Below the pieces are notes generated by a model. That model was not told where the DNA came from and did not search any database. It was given only the letters and a program-made list of their open reading frames with translations. From Candidatus Heimdallarchaeota archaeon (lineage in GTDB: Archaea > Asgardarchaeota > Heimdallarchaeia > Heimdallarchaeales > Kariarchaeaceae), in assembly GCA_015523565.1 (NCBI GenBank), contig WAKA01000143.1:1-20003 (forward strand): DNA of 20,003 nucleotides, in the 5' to 3' direction. Made by a program: the position numbers and the translations under genes. Position 1 is the first letter of the stretch, and each line of letters starts with the position of its first letter. Below are positions 7,261 to 17,143 of this stretch, piece by piece.

Positions 7261-8511
7261 CTAGGTGATGGAAAAGTTAGGTGAGGGGGATGAAGCATGA
7301 GAATTATTGATGAGATTTCTGATTTGCCAATAGATGACAGTGGAAAGAAAATAAAGGGAAGCAGTGGTCAAGATAGGAATTCTAAACCCTTTTGCATCAA
7401 CAGTCCGTCCTCCTGCAATATTTCCAAGGGCGAAGAAAACTTGCCAAGAGATTTGATTGATTGCAGAGATTTTGGATCTTTGTTTTCGGGGAGTATGTTC
7501 CATAAGTATTGCATTGGCAATGGGACCGACGCCATTCATCACGGCATTCCGAATGATCAGTGCGGCTAAGGCAAATAGGAGGGGGGGATAAGTGGAAAGC
7601 ACAACTAGAAGAGTGACAGAAACCAATTGATTTAATACAATGAGTTCAATTCCACCTAATTTTTCAGCAAGATTGGAGTTGACTTTTCCCCAGACGGCAG
7701 TGATGACGGAGACACCTGCCATAAGGAGGGAAAGGTTTGACAGGTTAATCCCATAAATGTCAAAAAAGAAACGAGGGAGGTAAGGAATTGTGAATCCAGC
7801 ACCAAAGCCGATGATAAATGCAGTGGCAAGCAGAAAATAGACTACTTTTTTGGAGATATTGGAAGCTATTGGTTTTGAGTTTTCTTTTTTGGTCTTTTCT
7901 TCCTCTTCGGAGAGGGCATGGGAATCACGGATGCCAAGGAGAGAGATAATGAACACTATGGAAAATGCGAATACTGAAAGACGGATATATGATTGGATGG
8001 CAGGGACGTCGAGGGTGGAGACATCAGAAGTGTCCAATCCTTGGAAATAGAAATATCCTAAAACTCCACCAAGTGCGTTTGATGTTTCAGAAAGCAGGAA
8101 TTGTGTACCAAAGACGCGGGTTCGGTTGTCAGCATTGATTGAATCTGAGAAGAGGGCATTCATTGTAGGGTTGGATGCACTGCCTCCAATTGAGATCAGG
8201 ATTTGACCTAAAAAAGCCAGAGACAGGGAGTTTGCAGTTGAGAGCAGGAGAATCCCAGTCAGTAAGATGCCAATTGAAGTTATTATAACGACATCCCTTC
8301 TGAAACGGTCTGCCAAATAGGAAGCAAGAAAGGAGAATGTAATACTAAGCAGTGAACTGAGACCAAAGATCAATCCCAAATCGGAATTGCTACCGCCAAG
8401 TCCGTATATGAGCCATGTCGTGGCAAACCAGAGGATACTAAAGCCCAAAGAATTGAAAACAGAGCTAACAAGAACAGCTTTCACGTTCTTGTTTCCATAG
8501 GCTTTTCTCAT
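7261..8511 (-). CDS. MFS transporter (12 TM)
   Basis: Two 6-TM halves with a charged central loop and motif A-like YLADRFRR and NLAEKLG. ATG 8511 is preferred because TTTAAA lies 26-31 nt upstream; the ORF track uses TTG 8532. Confidence 0.9.
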   Translation of the reverse strand: MRKAYGNKNVKAVLVSSVFNSLGFSILWFATTWLIYGLGGSNSDLGLIFGLSSLLSITFSFLASYLADRFRRDVVIITSIGILLTGILLLSTANSLSLAFLGQILISIGGSASNPTMNALFSDSINADNRTRVFGTQFLLSETSNALGGVLGYFYFQGLDTSDVSTLDVPAIQSYIRLSVFAFSIVFIISLLGIRDSHALSEEEEKTKKENSKPIASNISKKVVYFLLATAFIIGFGAGFTIPYLPRFFFDIYGINLSNLSLLMAGVSVITAVWGKVNSNLAEKLGGIELIVLNQLVSVTLLVVLSTYPPLLFALAALIIRNAVMNGVGPIANAILMEHTPRKQRSKISAINQISWQVFFALGNIAGGRTVDAKGFRIPILTTASLYFLSTVIYWQIRNLINNSHASSPSPNFSIT

Positions 8512-8564
8512 GGAAGGAACTAAAGGTTTCAATGAATTTAAATCAATGTGTACATAACCTTTCC

Positions 8565-9149
8565 CTATTCATTTTGTTCAGAATTTTTTTTGCGTTTGAA
8601 TAGACCTCCAACAGATTTTCCGATGGATTTGGCACCTTCCAACCCTTTTTCCCCAATATCAGTGACTGCATTCCCGACAGAGCCGAGAGTCCCCCAAACG
8701 TTGACATTGTTTACAACATCAAGCATTTCTTTTACTTGACTTTTGGCTTGATCACCAAGAGAGTTGGCAAATGATTTGACATCATCAGCAGAGAATTTGT
8801 TTTTTGCCTTGATTGTTTCCAAGAACTTTGTGACCTTGTCATCAAGGTTGAGATCCTTTGCTTTTGTTGTGGCAACCTCTGCGATTTTTTTAGGGGTTAT
8901 GCCTTGGCTTCCTAGTACAGTATTGAGAATGAATACCAACGCCATCATGCGGGGACCAGTGACAGGGAGCACATCCCAGCTTTCTCCAAATGACTTTGAC
9001 ATTCCTGCATTAATCGCCTTGTTAATTGAAGGCATTGCCTGCGGCCCAAGGGATGATCCACCGCTTTTAGAGCCTACAAGGTCATTGAGCATGGATTGTG
9101 CAAGATTTTTCATGACCATCTCCCCCATTTTTTTCTCGAAGCTAGACAT
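8565..9149 (-). CDS. Hypothetical helical protein with C-terminal amphipathic Gly/Lys-rich helix
   Basis: Fills the gap between the flanking genes. TAATATA 23-29 nt upstream supports ATG 9149. No recognisable family. Confidence 0.75.
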   Translation of the reverse strand: MSSFEKKMGEMVMKNLAQSMLNDLVGSKSGGSSLGPQAMPSINKAINAGMSKSFGESWDVLPVTGPRMMALVFILNTVLGSQGITPKKIAEVATTKAKDLNLDDKVTKFLETIKAKNKFSADDVKSFANSLGDQAKSQVKEMLDVVNNVNVWGTLGSVGNAVTDIGEKGLEGAKSIGKSVGGLFKRKKNSEQNE

Positions 9150-9220
9150 ATTTGTAGTTCTCACAAAATAGTATATTAGTTCATCTCTTAGTCAATACAC
9201 CAGTCACAATTTTTTTTCAA

Positions 9221-12200
9221 CTACTTTTTCTTTTTCTGTATCAAGGTGATGACACCGGCACCAGCAATTAAAAGGAATATTGCAAAAATGTCAGTTGAGG
9301 ATTGTCCTACCAGACCATTGAAAGATGCATCACCAAGATCATTTCCTGCATCAGGGGAGAGGTTAACGGTTGTAAATCCGACATATTTTCCAGACACTGA
9401 AAAAGTCAAGTTGAGTGATGAGGATGTCAATGGTATTGAAAGGGAATAATCATTGACTTCCAAGGAGAATATATGTGTTCCATTGGAAATTTGGAGAATA
9501 TAGGGAATGAAAAGCAGATTGTTATTTCGTTTGTCTATGATTGTGATATTGACATTTGCAGTACTTGCATTGATGCCATAATCTATTTTGAATTGTACGG
9601 GGATAGGGATCAAAGTAAATGAACCTGTAGCATTGGTAACGGATGAGAACTGGGAATAACGAATTATAATGAATTCAATTGTTGCGGGCGATGGATATGG
9701 GTTTTTGAATGGCATAGCCAGTTTTGAATAGGTGAGATTTTCAGAAATCCAGACGATTGAGCCATTGACTTTAAAGATAATGGTATATTGAGCCGTTGAG
9801 TTCAATGGATCGGAAATGGAGACACTCAGGAGCTCATCCCAGTAGTTATCGGAAATTTGAGCTGAGAAACCCTGTTGAATTGGAGAAATGGAGAGAGAGA
9901 AGAAAAGCGTTGCCTCCATGACGGGCATTTGCTGTGAAATGAGAAGAGAAACGTTGAAAGTCCCTACATCCATGTTGGGAATTGAAAAATAGAGGATACC
10001 CATATCAGTGGATATTGCGGAATAATTTCCAAAGGTAGTTATTAATAAAACATGGATGTTTCTTAATGGAGTTCCATCCTGTGTTTGAAGATGCAGGGTG
10101 AAGTTAATTGGATTGGAATAAGCAACAGAAACCTCCGTTTCCTTGAGTTGGGGAGATGTAGGGCTCCAACCAAATTCATAGACAAATCCATCGTCTCCAA
10201 CATAATAGGGATTGTCATTGACGTATTCAACATATAATTGGAAATTGCCTGTGAAATTAAAGGTAAAGACGATTATCCCTGTTTCAGGCAATGCAATGAA
10301 CCCAGACCACCCATCCAGTGGCAACCATACATTTGCCTCATTTTGGTAATAGACAGTCCAATATACTTGACCTACACTTATTATGCCACTTTCGTCCTTG
10401 ACAGTTACAGCAATGGTCTGGTTAAATGTGGGACCGTAATCAACAGTAAGGGAAGGAACAAGGGACACCTCGACGTTTTCTCTTGATACGGATACGTCAT
10501 GGATTATGAGAGATGAGGGAGAAAGAGCAGAATCACCCAAAAAATCAATGGTTATGGTGTAATTTGCACCAGGAACAAGGTCAGAGAGTATATCAGAGAA
10601 AACGGCATAGCCAGAGCCATTTGTGACAGAATAATATTGATTGAGCAATTCCTCTCCAGAAAAGACAGAAAGCATGATTGTTTTGTTTGATACAGGGACA
10701 TCACCTTCAGTAAGCAGGACAATAATTGTGACAGGATCAGAATATGTAATCTCAATGGGAGATGGGGAGATCAACTGTAGTGATGTCTGTTTGGATATGG
10801 TAAGGGATTTTTCAATAATGGCCATTGCATAGATGTCTTGTTTAGGAATAAGGTATCTAAGAGTATAGACCCCATATGGCAGAGATGGATTGACTGCAAT
10901 CGTTGCAACCCCATTGTTGATGGTTGCATTGCCGATCGTCAACCAATTTCCATTCATGTATATTTGGAGGTAGATATCAATATTGGAAACAGGCATTCCA
11001 TCATCATCAGTCACAGACACAACAATGGTGGTGCTGTTGTCTGGTTGGAGATTCAGATCGCCACCATTGATTGACAGGCTTTCCAAAATGACATTGACTT
11101 GAAATTGAATGGATGCCTGCCTGAACCACCCTTGTTCAGGGAAGACAGCCAAAAAGTCATTCATTCCCAATGAGAGGTTGAGGGGGAGACTATAGACATT
11201 TGATTGCAGAGAAAGCCATTGCTGTGCAGGCAGGAGAATTCCAATGGAATTCAACATTATTGAAACATTTGTTTCAGAAATGACACCAACAACAGAATAA
11301 AAACCATAATCCGTAAAAATTAGATAGGTACCGTTAATCACGAAAACAGTTCCCCAAAGAATTTGTTCATTATTTGATGCGAGGTAATAGAGGTTGAAAT
11401 AGAAATAATTTGGTGTGTTCGAGGTGTTAAGTTTGATTTGTGGGATAACGTAATCTCCAAGCTGTACTGTCAGGGGAGTAAGGGGATCGATTACCACATT
11501 CTTGAGATTGATAAGCAACGTAGCGGATGAATTGACAAAATCGGCAGACACAATGGTTGCCCTAAACTGCATCCATGTTTCAGAAATGTATTCTTGGGGG
11601 ATAACAACTGTGGATTGATTGTTGACGGTCATTTGTGTACCAATCAGTATCCATTGTCCATTGCTATAGACTTCAAAAGAAACATTTACTGGAACATTGA
11701 CAGATGAATTCAGAGATGCAACCAATACAGGTTGGAAATCAGTAGAACTTGATGTAGATAAGGATAGACCCGCCGTTGCCTTGGAAATGACTAGGGGAAT
11801 TGTACCATTTCCTTGAAGATAATTACCATTCAAATCCTCTATAAGGATGATAAGATACAAATCACCAGCAAAGGGTGGATTGAATTCAAAAATGGCGTAA
11901 CCCTCATTTGTGGACATGGTTTGACCGATGAGGTAGTTCTTTTGCCCAAAATTATAACTGATGGTTACTTGGAGTCCCTCTAACGGGGCATTTGACACAT
12001 CAACAACATGGATTATTATGAGAGAGGGCATGAAAGCGGAATAATTTCCAGTGGTCACGGTAAAGAGTATGGGGGCACGTTTTATTTCAAATATACGAGT
12101 TACGGCATCTGAAGAATAGTTTTCATGGGTGAATATGACCCTTATCGTAAAGACAGATCCAGCAGGGAGATCAATAGTGCCATTAAATGAGAAATAACCA

Positions 12201-15200
12201 TTGGAGGTTGTTTTTCCTTCTGCCAGTAAGGTTTCTTGATTTTCGACAATATATACCTTAACAGATACATTTGAAACAGGCTTTCCGATTGAAGAGTTGA
12301 CAAAGAAGGTAAAGTTGTTTGGAATACCAAACAATGGGTTTTCAGCAAAAACGTATCCAGAGAGTGCAATTTTCTTGACTGGCAAGATTATGGTTTTACT
12401 AGAATTCACATAATTTACATTGCCATTGAATTCAATGGTTATTTGTATTTCAGAACTGTTTTCAAAAATAGGCTGTGAGAAGAAATATTTCCCGTCTCCT
12501 GCTGTCGTACCGAGATAGGTATTGTTAGCAATTCTAATGATGACCATCTCGTTTGCCAATGGATTTCCATATCCATCAGTAAGGAGAACTGTGAAATTCA
12601 ATTCTTTTGAATAAATTGCCTCCGCAGGCATTCCACTTACAGTGATTGATGAAGGGGTGCCTAATACGGAAATATTCCAAACCAACGATGAGGCATTGTA
12701 TAATTTATCCCCAGAAAAGGAGATGGAAAGTGAATAGTTTCCAGGGGCTATTCCTGCTGGAAGCGTGGTTGATACCTGACCTGAAATGGAAGTGACTTCA
12801 GACCAAGAATATGAACCCATGGAGAATAGAATTTCCTTTTGTGGGATTGAAACATTCAATGCTGTGGACAACCTGATATCAAGTGAAGCCTGTTGTGAGA
12901 AGTTATATTCATGAGAACCTGCAACCTCAATTTTGGTAATGATTTTTGAAACTGTCAGGATGAATGGAGAAGAGGATAGGGTAAAGTTGGCATTTGGGGA
13001 AACACGCCATTCAAAAGAATATTCACCAATTGTAGGCAAGTCAATCAAGTAAAGGAAGGATGCATACCCAGAGGAATTTGTAAGAATTGGATTGGCATTC
13101 ACTTTTCTCCAAAAACCTGCATAATACCATAATTCAAGAGATACAGAATCTAGTGGACGGTTTTGAAGGTTAGTTGCGGAAACCTCAAGGAGGATTTCCT
13201 CCCCTTGCATACCAGTATAATCCATTGAGACAAGATTCACATCTGCTGGAGATACAGCAATTGTGGATTGAATGAAAAGAGAGCCATAAGGGAATGAATA
13301 GATGGTGTTAGTGGCTTGGAAAAAGAGGGAGATATCAATGGATCCAGTTGTATTGAAGATAAGATCAAATGACACAACACCACCACTACTGTATCCTTTG
13401 AGGTTTGTTCCCAAGATGACCAATGTGAATGGTAGCCCATCCACTACATTTTCACCAAATGAATCAACCACTGTAAACTGTATTTGTTGTGAAAAGCTGT
13501 AATAGTAAGAAGAAGGAATAAGGGATGCCGAAATATTCAATCCTTGGATTTGCCAAAATACCTTCAGATCAGGCACAGTGAAATTCTCATGGGTTGCAGT
13601 TATTTTCAAGAAGGGGTGTTGTCCACTCAATTGCAAAGCCAAGGCAACATCTATGAATGAGTCGCTTGGATGCCAAAAGAAGGTTGCCAATCCAGAATTG
13701 TCAGTGTATGCAGAAAATAACAAGATTTCAGATGGAGACCCATTAAGTGAAGGAGTATACCATTTGACGAGTGCATTGGAAACAGGGGTTCCGTCACTTG
13801 CCTTTAAAACGACGGAGAAGTCAGAAAGATGGTTGTAATAAATAGTGATTGGATCAGAGGGAGTAAATAAATTGGGTGAGTTAAGGTACGCAGTACTTTT
13901 TTTAACATTGAATGTGATTTCATTTTGAATGGGGTTGAAACTATTATCGCCATTGAAACTGACAAGATACCGTGCTTGTCCAACACCAGGATTTGGAGTT
14001 ATAAACTCAAATGAACCATTGATGGTTGTGGTTGTGTTAATAGCCACCCATGTGGGAAATGGCTCTGCTGTTGTATCATAGAAAAGCAGAGAAATTGGAA
14101 GATTTACTCCAACACCATTGGATTTTACAAGATTTCCTGCAATAATAAGGGATGAATTCATGAATTCATATGATGGAAGTGTATCAAAGATAAATGAGAG
14201 AGTTCCCTTCTTTATTGTCACATCCACAAACATATCGGGAATTTGGTAAACTGGGTCTTTGGCAGAAACATAGACTTGAGACGGATAAAAGCCGACAGAT
14301 CCATTGTGAAGGTATTGAAAGGAGAAACGTCCCAATTGATCTGTTGCGGAGGTTCCCAAAAGAGGACCATTTGCTGAATGAAGTTCAAGGGGGATATCTG
14401 CTAAAGGTTGACCCCAATCGCTATTGACTTGACCCACTATTGTCACAATTGAGGAATTTTCAGGGATTCCACTACCATAATTCCCCTCTGCACTTGAAAT
14501 CATGATTTTTCCAGTTGGGGGAATTACAGACAGTGATGCCAATGAAACAATTTCTGTTCCAGAGGAATGCACCACTGCCTTGATTGGATAAGTCCCTTGT
14601 TCAATATCTGCGATGAATTTATATTGTGCAATTCCACCATAATCTGTTTTATTTTGTCCAAGCTCAATCCAAAAATCATTTCTGAAAATGTAAAATGACA
14701 CAATAGCTTGATAAACAGGGATTCCATTCACTTCAAAAGAACTGGTCAATGTCCCTTGCGCTTTTTGCATCACGGTAACATCGGAGAGGGAGGCATTCGA
14801 GTTAATGTCAGGGAACACTTCAATCCTTGAGAAGTTGATTGAAGGAAGGAAGAGAGATTGTACACCTGAATAATAGGCAACCATCCATTTTGTGCCTGTT
14901 GTAAGGGGTGTATATGGAACTTGAAAAGCATCCAATGAAGAGGACTGTCTTACAAAACTGTTTTTATGGATCAGTTGGAAGCTGAGATTGTAGGTTTTAT
15001 TGGTGGTGAGATCTTCAAGTACAGGGGAATCTACAGTACCAAGGGGAAAGACAAACGAGTTGCTTTGGGAAGTTGAACCGATATTAAGTTCCAATGAATA
15101 GGTTTTTCCAAATTTTATAGAGTAATAGTTGTTTCCATATATGTTTCCAGATGTCTGTACAGTTCCAAAGATAAGCCAAATGGAAGATGTGGATTTAACC

Positions 15201-15637
15201 ATTTGTCTTGCTTCAGTTCCGCCAATTTGACCAATGATCACGTTATTTCCGTTCTCAACTAGTTTCCATTCAATTTGTTGGGGAATTGTGATCTTATTGA
15301 CAGGAATACGAAATCCAGAAATATTCAAGTTCTCAGATGCAGTCCATGTAATTTTCGGAGATGTCAGATTTGCAGATTGAGAGAACTGTCTTTTTCCCAA
15401 TGTTTTTACGGTGGAGGCAGAAATAACGTCCACATATCCAAATGGGGAAAGATTATTGTTGGGTTCTCGTACACTTATGTTAAAAGAAGTGGCTTGGTTG
15501 ACAGTAAGTTGAGTATTCCCAACCATTGTGATTTGTGTCGGAAATCCATTTGTCACTGATTCACTATTTCCATGATGAAGGGATATCAACAAAAGTGAAC
15601 TGATAATTATAATTAGGACTGCGTGTATCTTTTTCAT
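9221..15637 (-). CDS. Giant cell-surface protein with tandem Ig-like (Big/carboxypeptidase-regulatory-like) beta-sandwich repeats
   Basis: Signal peptide. A recurring ~100-aa pattern L.D..G.P(L/V)....V...W..(I/L)G...T...G.A.F...G.Y....F.G...Y..S, many N-x-S/T sequons, and a C-terminal TM helix plus KKKK. Confidence 0.9.
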   Translation of the reverse strand: MKKIHAVLIIIISSLLLISLHHGNSESVTNGFPTQITMVGNTQLTVNQATSFNISVREPNNNLSPFGYVDVISASTVKTLGKRQFSQSANLTSPKITWTASENLNISGFRIPVNKITIPQQIEWKLVENGNNVIIGQIGGTEARQMVKSTSSIWLIFGTVQTSGNIYGNNYYSIKFGKTYSLELNIGSTSQSNSFVFPLGTVDSPVLEDLTTNKTYNLSFQLIHKNSFVRQSSSLDAFQVPYTPLTTGTKWMVAYYSGVQSLFLPSINFSRIEVFPDINSNASLSDVTVMQKAQGTLTSSFEVNGIPVYQAIVSFYIFRNDFWIELGQNKTDYGGIAQYKFIADIEQGTYPIKAVVHSSGTEIVSLASLSVIPPTGKIMISSAEGNYGSGIPENSSIVTIVGQVNSDWGQPLADIPLELHSANGPLLGTSATDQLGRFSFQYLHNGSVGFYPSQVYVSAKDPVYQIPDMFVDVTIKKGTLSFIFDTLPSYEFMNSSLIIAGNLVKSNGVGVNLPISLLFYDTTAEPFPTWVAINTTTTINGSFEFITPNPGVGQARYLVSFNGDNSFNPIQNEITFNVKKSTAYLNSPNLFTPSDPITIYYNHLSDFSVVLKASDGTPVSNALVKWYTPSLNGSPSEILLFSAYTDNSGLATFFWHPSDSFIDVALALQLSGQHPFLKITATHENFTVPDLKVFWQIQGLNISASLIPSSYYYSFSQQIQFTVVDSFGENVVDGLPFTLVILGTNLKGYSSGGVVSFDLIFNTTGSIDISLFFQATNTIYSFPYGSLFIQSTIAVSPADVNLVSMDYTGMQGEEILLEVSATNLQNRPLDSVSLELWYYAGFWRKVNANPILTNSSGYASFLYLIDLPTIGEYSFEWRVSPNANFTLSSSPFILTVSKIITKIEVAGSHEYNFSQQASLDIRLSTALNVSIPQKEILFSMGSYSWSEVTSISGQVSTTLPAGIAPGNYSLSISFSGDKLYNASSLVWNISVLGTPSSITVSGMPAEAIYSKELNFTVLLTDGYGNPLANEMVIIRIANNTYLGTTAGDGKYFFSQPIFENSSEIQITIEFNGNVNYVNSSKTIILPVKKIALSGYVFAENPLFGIPNNFTFFVNSSIGKPVSNVSVKVYIVENQETLLAEGKTTSNGYFSFNGTIDLPAGSVFTIRVIFTHENYSSDAVTRIFEIKRAPILFTVTTGNYSAFMPSLIIIHVVDVSNAPLEGLQVTISYNFGQKNYLIGQTMSTNEGYAIFEFNPPFAGDLYLIILIEDLNGNYLQGNGTIPLVISKATAGLSLSTSSSTDFQPVLVASLNSSVNVPVNVSFEVYSNGQWILIGTQMTVNNQSTVVIPQEYISETWMQFRATIVSADFVNSSATLLINLKNVVIDPLTPLTVQLGDYVIPQIKLNTSNTPNYFYFNLYYLASNNEQILWGTVFVINGTYLIFTDYGFYSVVGVISETNVSIMLNSIGILLPAQQWLSLQSNVYSLPLNLSLGMNDFLAVFPEQGWFRQASIQFQVNVILESLSINGGDLNLQPDNSTTIVVSVTDDDGMPVSNIDIYLQIYMNGNWLTIGNATINNGVATIAVNPSLPYGVYTLRYLIPKQDIYAMAIIEKSLTISKQTSLQLISPSPIEITYSDPVTIIVLLTEGDVPVSNKTIMLSVFSGEELLNQYYSVTNGSGYAVFSDILSDLVPGANYTITIDFLGDSALSPSSLIIHDVSVSRENVEVSLVPSLTVDYGPTFNQTIAVTVKDESGIISVGQVYWTVYYQNEANVWLPLDGWSGFIALPETGIIVFTFNFTGNFQLYVEYVNDNPYYVGDDGFVYEFGWSPTSPQLKETEVSVAYSNPINFTLHLQTQDGTPLRNIHVLLITTFGNYSAISTDMGILYFSIPNMDVGTFNVSLLISQQMPVMEATLFFSLSISPIQQGFSAQISDNYWDELLSVSISDPLNSTAQYTIIFKVNGSIVWISENLTYSKLAMPFKNPYPSPATIEFIIIRYSQFSSVTNATGSFTLIPIPVQFKIDYGINASTANVNITIIDKRNNNLLFIPYILQISNGTHIFSLEVNDYSLSIPLTSSSLNLTFSVSGKYVGFTTVNLSPDAGNDLGDASFNGLVGQSSTDIFAIFLLIAGAGVITLIQKKKK

Positions 15638-15658
15638 CAGACATTTGAAGAATTTTCT

Positions 15659-15668
15659 ATTTATAAAA
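15659..15668 (-). promoter_or_regulatory. TATA box of the giant surface protein gene
   Basis: TTTTATAAAT on the minus strand 22-31 nt upstream of ATG 15637. Confidence 0.6.
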
Positions 15669-15677
15669 TGGGAAAAA

Positions 15678-16115
15678 TCAGTATTTCAGGACAAGACATT
15701 CATTGCATTGGTGAGAGTGTCTCAAAAAGGGATAGGCAAAGACAGAAATGCCAAGTAAAATGAAAGCAATAGTTTTGATGACTGGAGATTGAATGGAAAA
15801 AACAATGGAAAAGAAGAGAGCAAGGGAGATTCCCAAGATGAAACGGACGAGCATTCGAAAAGAGTTGAGTTTCTTTAATCCAAGAGAAAAGAACAGCGAT
15901 ACGAAGGATAAGAACCACAAACCAAAAGATGAAAAGGGAATTATGGCAGAAGAGGTGATGGCAACTGTGACCAGAAAACCAGAATATGTAACCAAGCAAC
16001 CCAAACAAATTCGAAAAGATCCAATCCTAAGAGTATGTGTTTCAAGATGAGAACATGCGGGATGATGAGCAAGGAACGGATCAAGCTTTGTTAAGCCCTT
16101 GGTCTGATCATCCAT
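15678..16115 (-). CDS. Small membrane protein with Cys/His metal-binding motifs, DUF2085-like
   Basis: AHHPAC..L..HT..IG..RICLGC..Y.G, four TM segments and a C-terminal H.H.CNEC. Confidence 0.7.
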   Translation of the reverse strand: MDDQTKGLTKLDPFLAHHPACSHLETHTLRIGSFRICLGCLVTYSGFLVTVAITSSAIIPFSSFGLWFLSFVSLFFSLGLKKLNSFRMLVRFILGISLALFFSIVFSIQSPVIKTIAFILLGISVFAYPFLRHSHQCNECLVLKY

Positions 16116-16239
16116 AAGTTAGGATTTAATTTAAATTTAATATCTTTATCATAAAAATAAAAATTCAAGAGGGAAATTATTTGGGAAATTCTTAAGTTAG
16201 AAGGGAATGATTATATCATAAAATGTCCAAAAAGATATT

Positions 16240-17091
16240 ATGTCAAGTGATAGAGATGTGGGCAGGATAATTCCAACATCCAAGTTTGAGGAAGCAAAAT
16301 CAAAATTGGAGAAATTGGTGCATGAAAATCCAGAAGATGCATTGAACTACATGAGAAGTGATCCTGTTGCCACGATTGCCTATACAAGGATTAAATCAAA
16401 TTTAGAAAAAAGTAAAGAAGAAAATGTCAAGAAATTTTTTGAGTTGCTGTATAAAGAGTCAGACAACATTTTCGATGTAGAAATAGAGGAGAAAGAGGCA
16501 GATGAAATAGCATTTATTGTTGAGCTATTAATAGAGAGATGGAGAAAAGAATTTGTTGACAATAATTTTACATCATTCTTGGATTTTATTGAGCAGATGA
16601 TCAATAAGGTTGCCTCAAAAATAAATGAAAATGATGTTTCACTGGGAAACAGAATTGCAATTGAAATGTTAAATGACTTTCACAAGAGGGCAAGATCGTT
16701 GGAAAATTATCAGCGGAGGAAATTTCGGGAACATTGGGAGGCATTGAAGGATGAATTCCAGGAATTGGTTGCCCGTCTATTCAATTCCAATATAGAAGAC
16801 AAAAAGATTTCTGATGAGATTCAAGCATTGCTTTTTTTGGCGACAATGTCCCCAATAGTTGCAAAAGAGTTCAGATCACAACTGGCGTTGTTATTGTTTG
16901 ACAATATTTATCCCAAATTCAATGAATTGCAGGAAGAGTATAAGTACCTGATTGCCCCTTGGTTGAAAGCACTTGAGGAGAATGCCAAGACAATAAAAGA
17001 AGAAATAGAAAAGGAAAAAATGCCAGAACACAATGAGTTCAAGTCATCGTCAAGCAATAATGGAGCAGAAAACGATGAATTCTTTTCATAA
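16240..17091 (+). CDS. Hypothetical acidic all-alpha-helical protein
   Basis: 283-aa ORF with E/K-rich amphipathic helices; TTATAT about 27 nt upstream. Confidence 0.85.
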   Translation: MSSDRDVGRIIPTSKFEEAKSKLEKLVHENPEDALNYMRSDPVATIAYTRIKSNLEKSKEENVKKFFELLYKESDNIFDVEIEEKEADEIAFIVELLIERWRKEFVDNNFTSFLDFIEQMINKVASKINENDVSLGNRIAIEMLNDFHKRARSLENYQRRKFREHWEALKDEFQELVARLFNSNIEDKKISDEIQALLFLATMSPIVAKEFRSQLALLLFDNIYPKFNELQEEYKYLIAPWLKALEENAKTIKEEIEKEKMPEHNEFKSSSSNNGAENDEFFS

Positions 17092-17143
17092 ATTTCAGGA
17101 AGTTAAACCAACCTTTTTGATATCTAGTTAGTATTTAAATTGA

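Noticed and set aside
16116-16239. TTAAATTTAA palindrome and GGGAAATT direct repeats in the divergent promoter region
   Set aside because: Short motifs in very AT-rich DNA; compatible with chance or overlapping TATA boxes.
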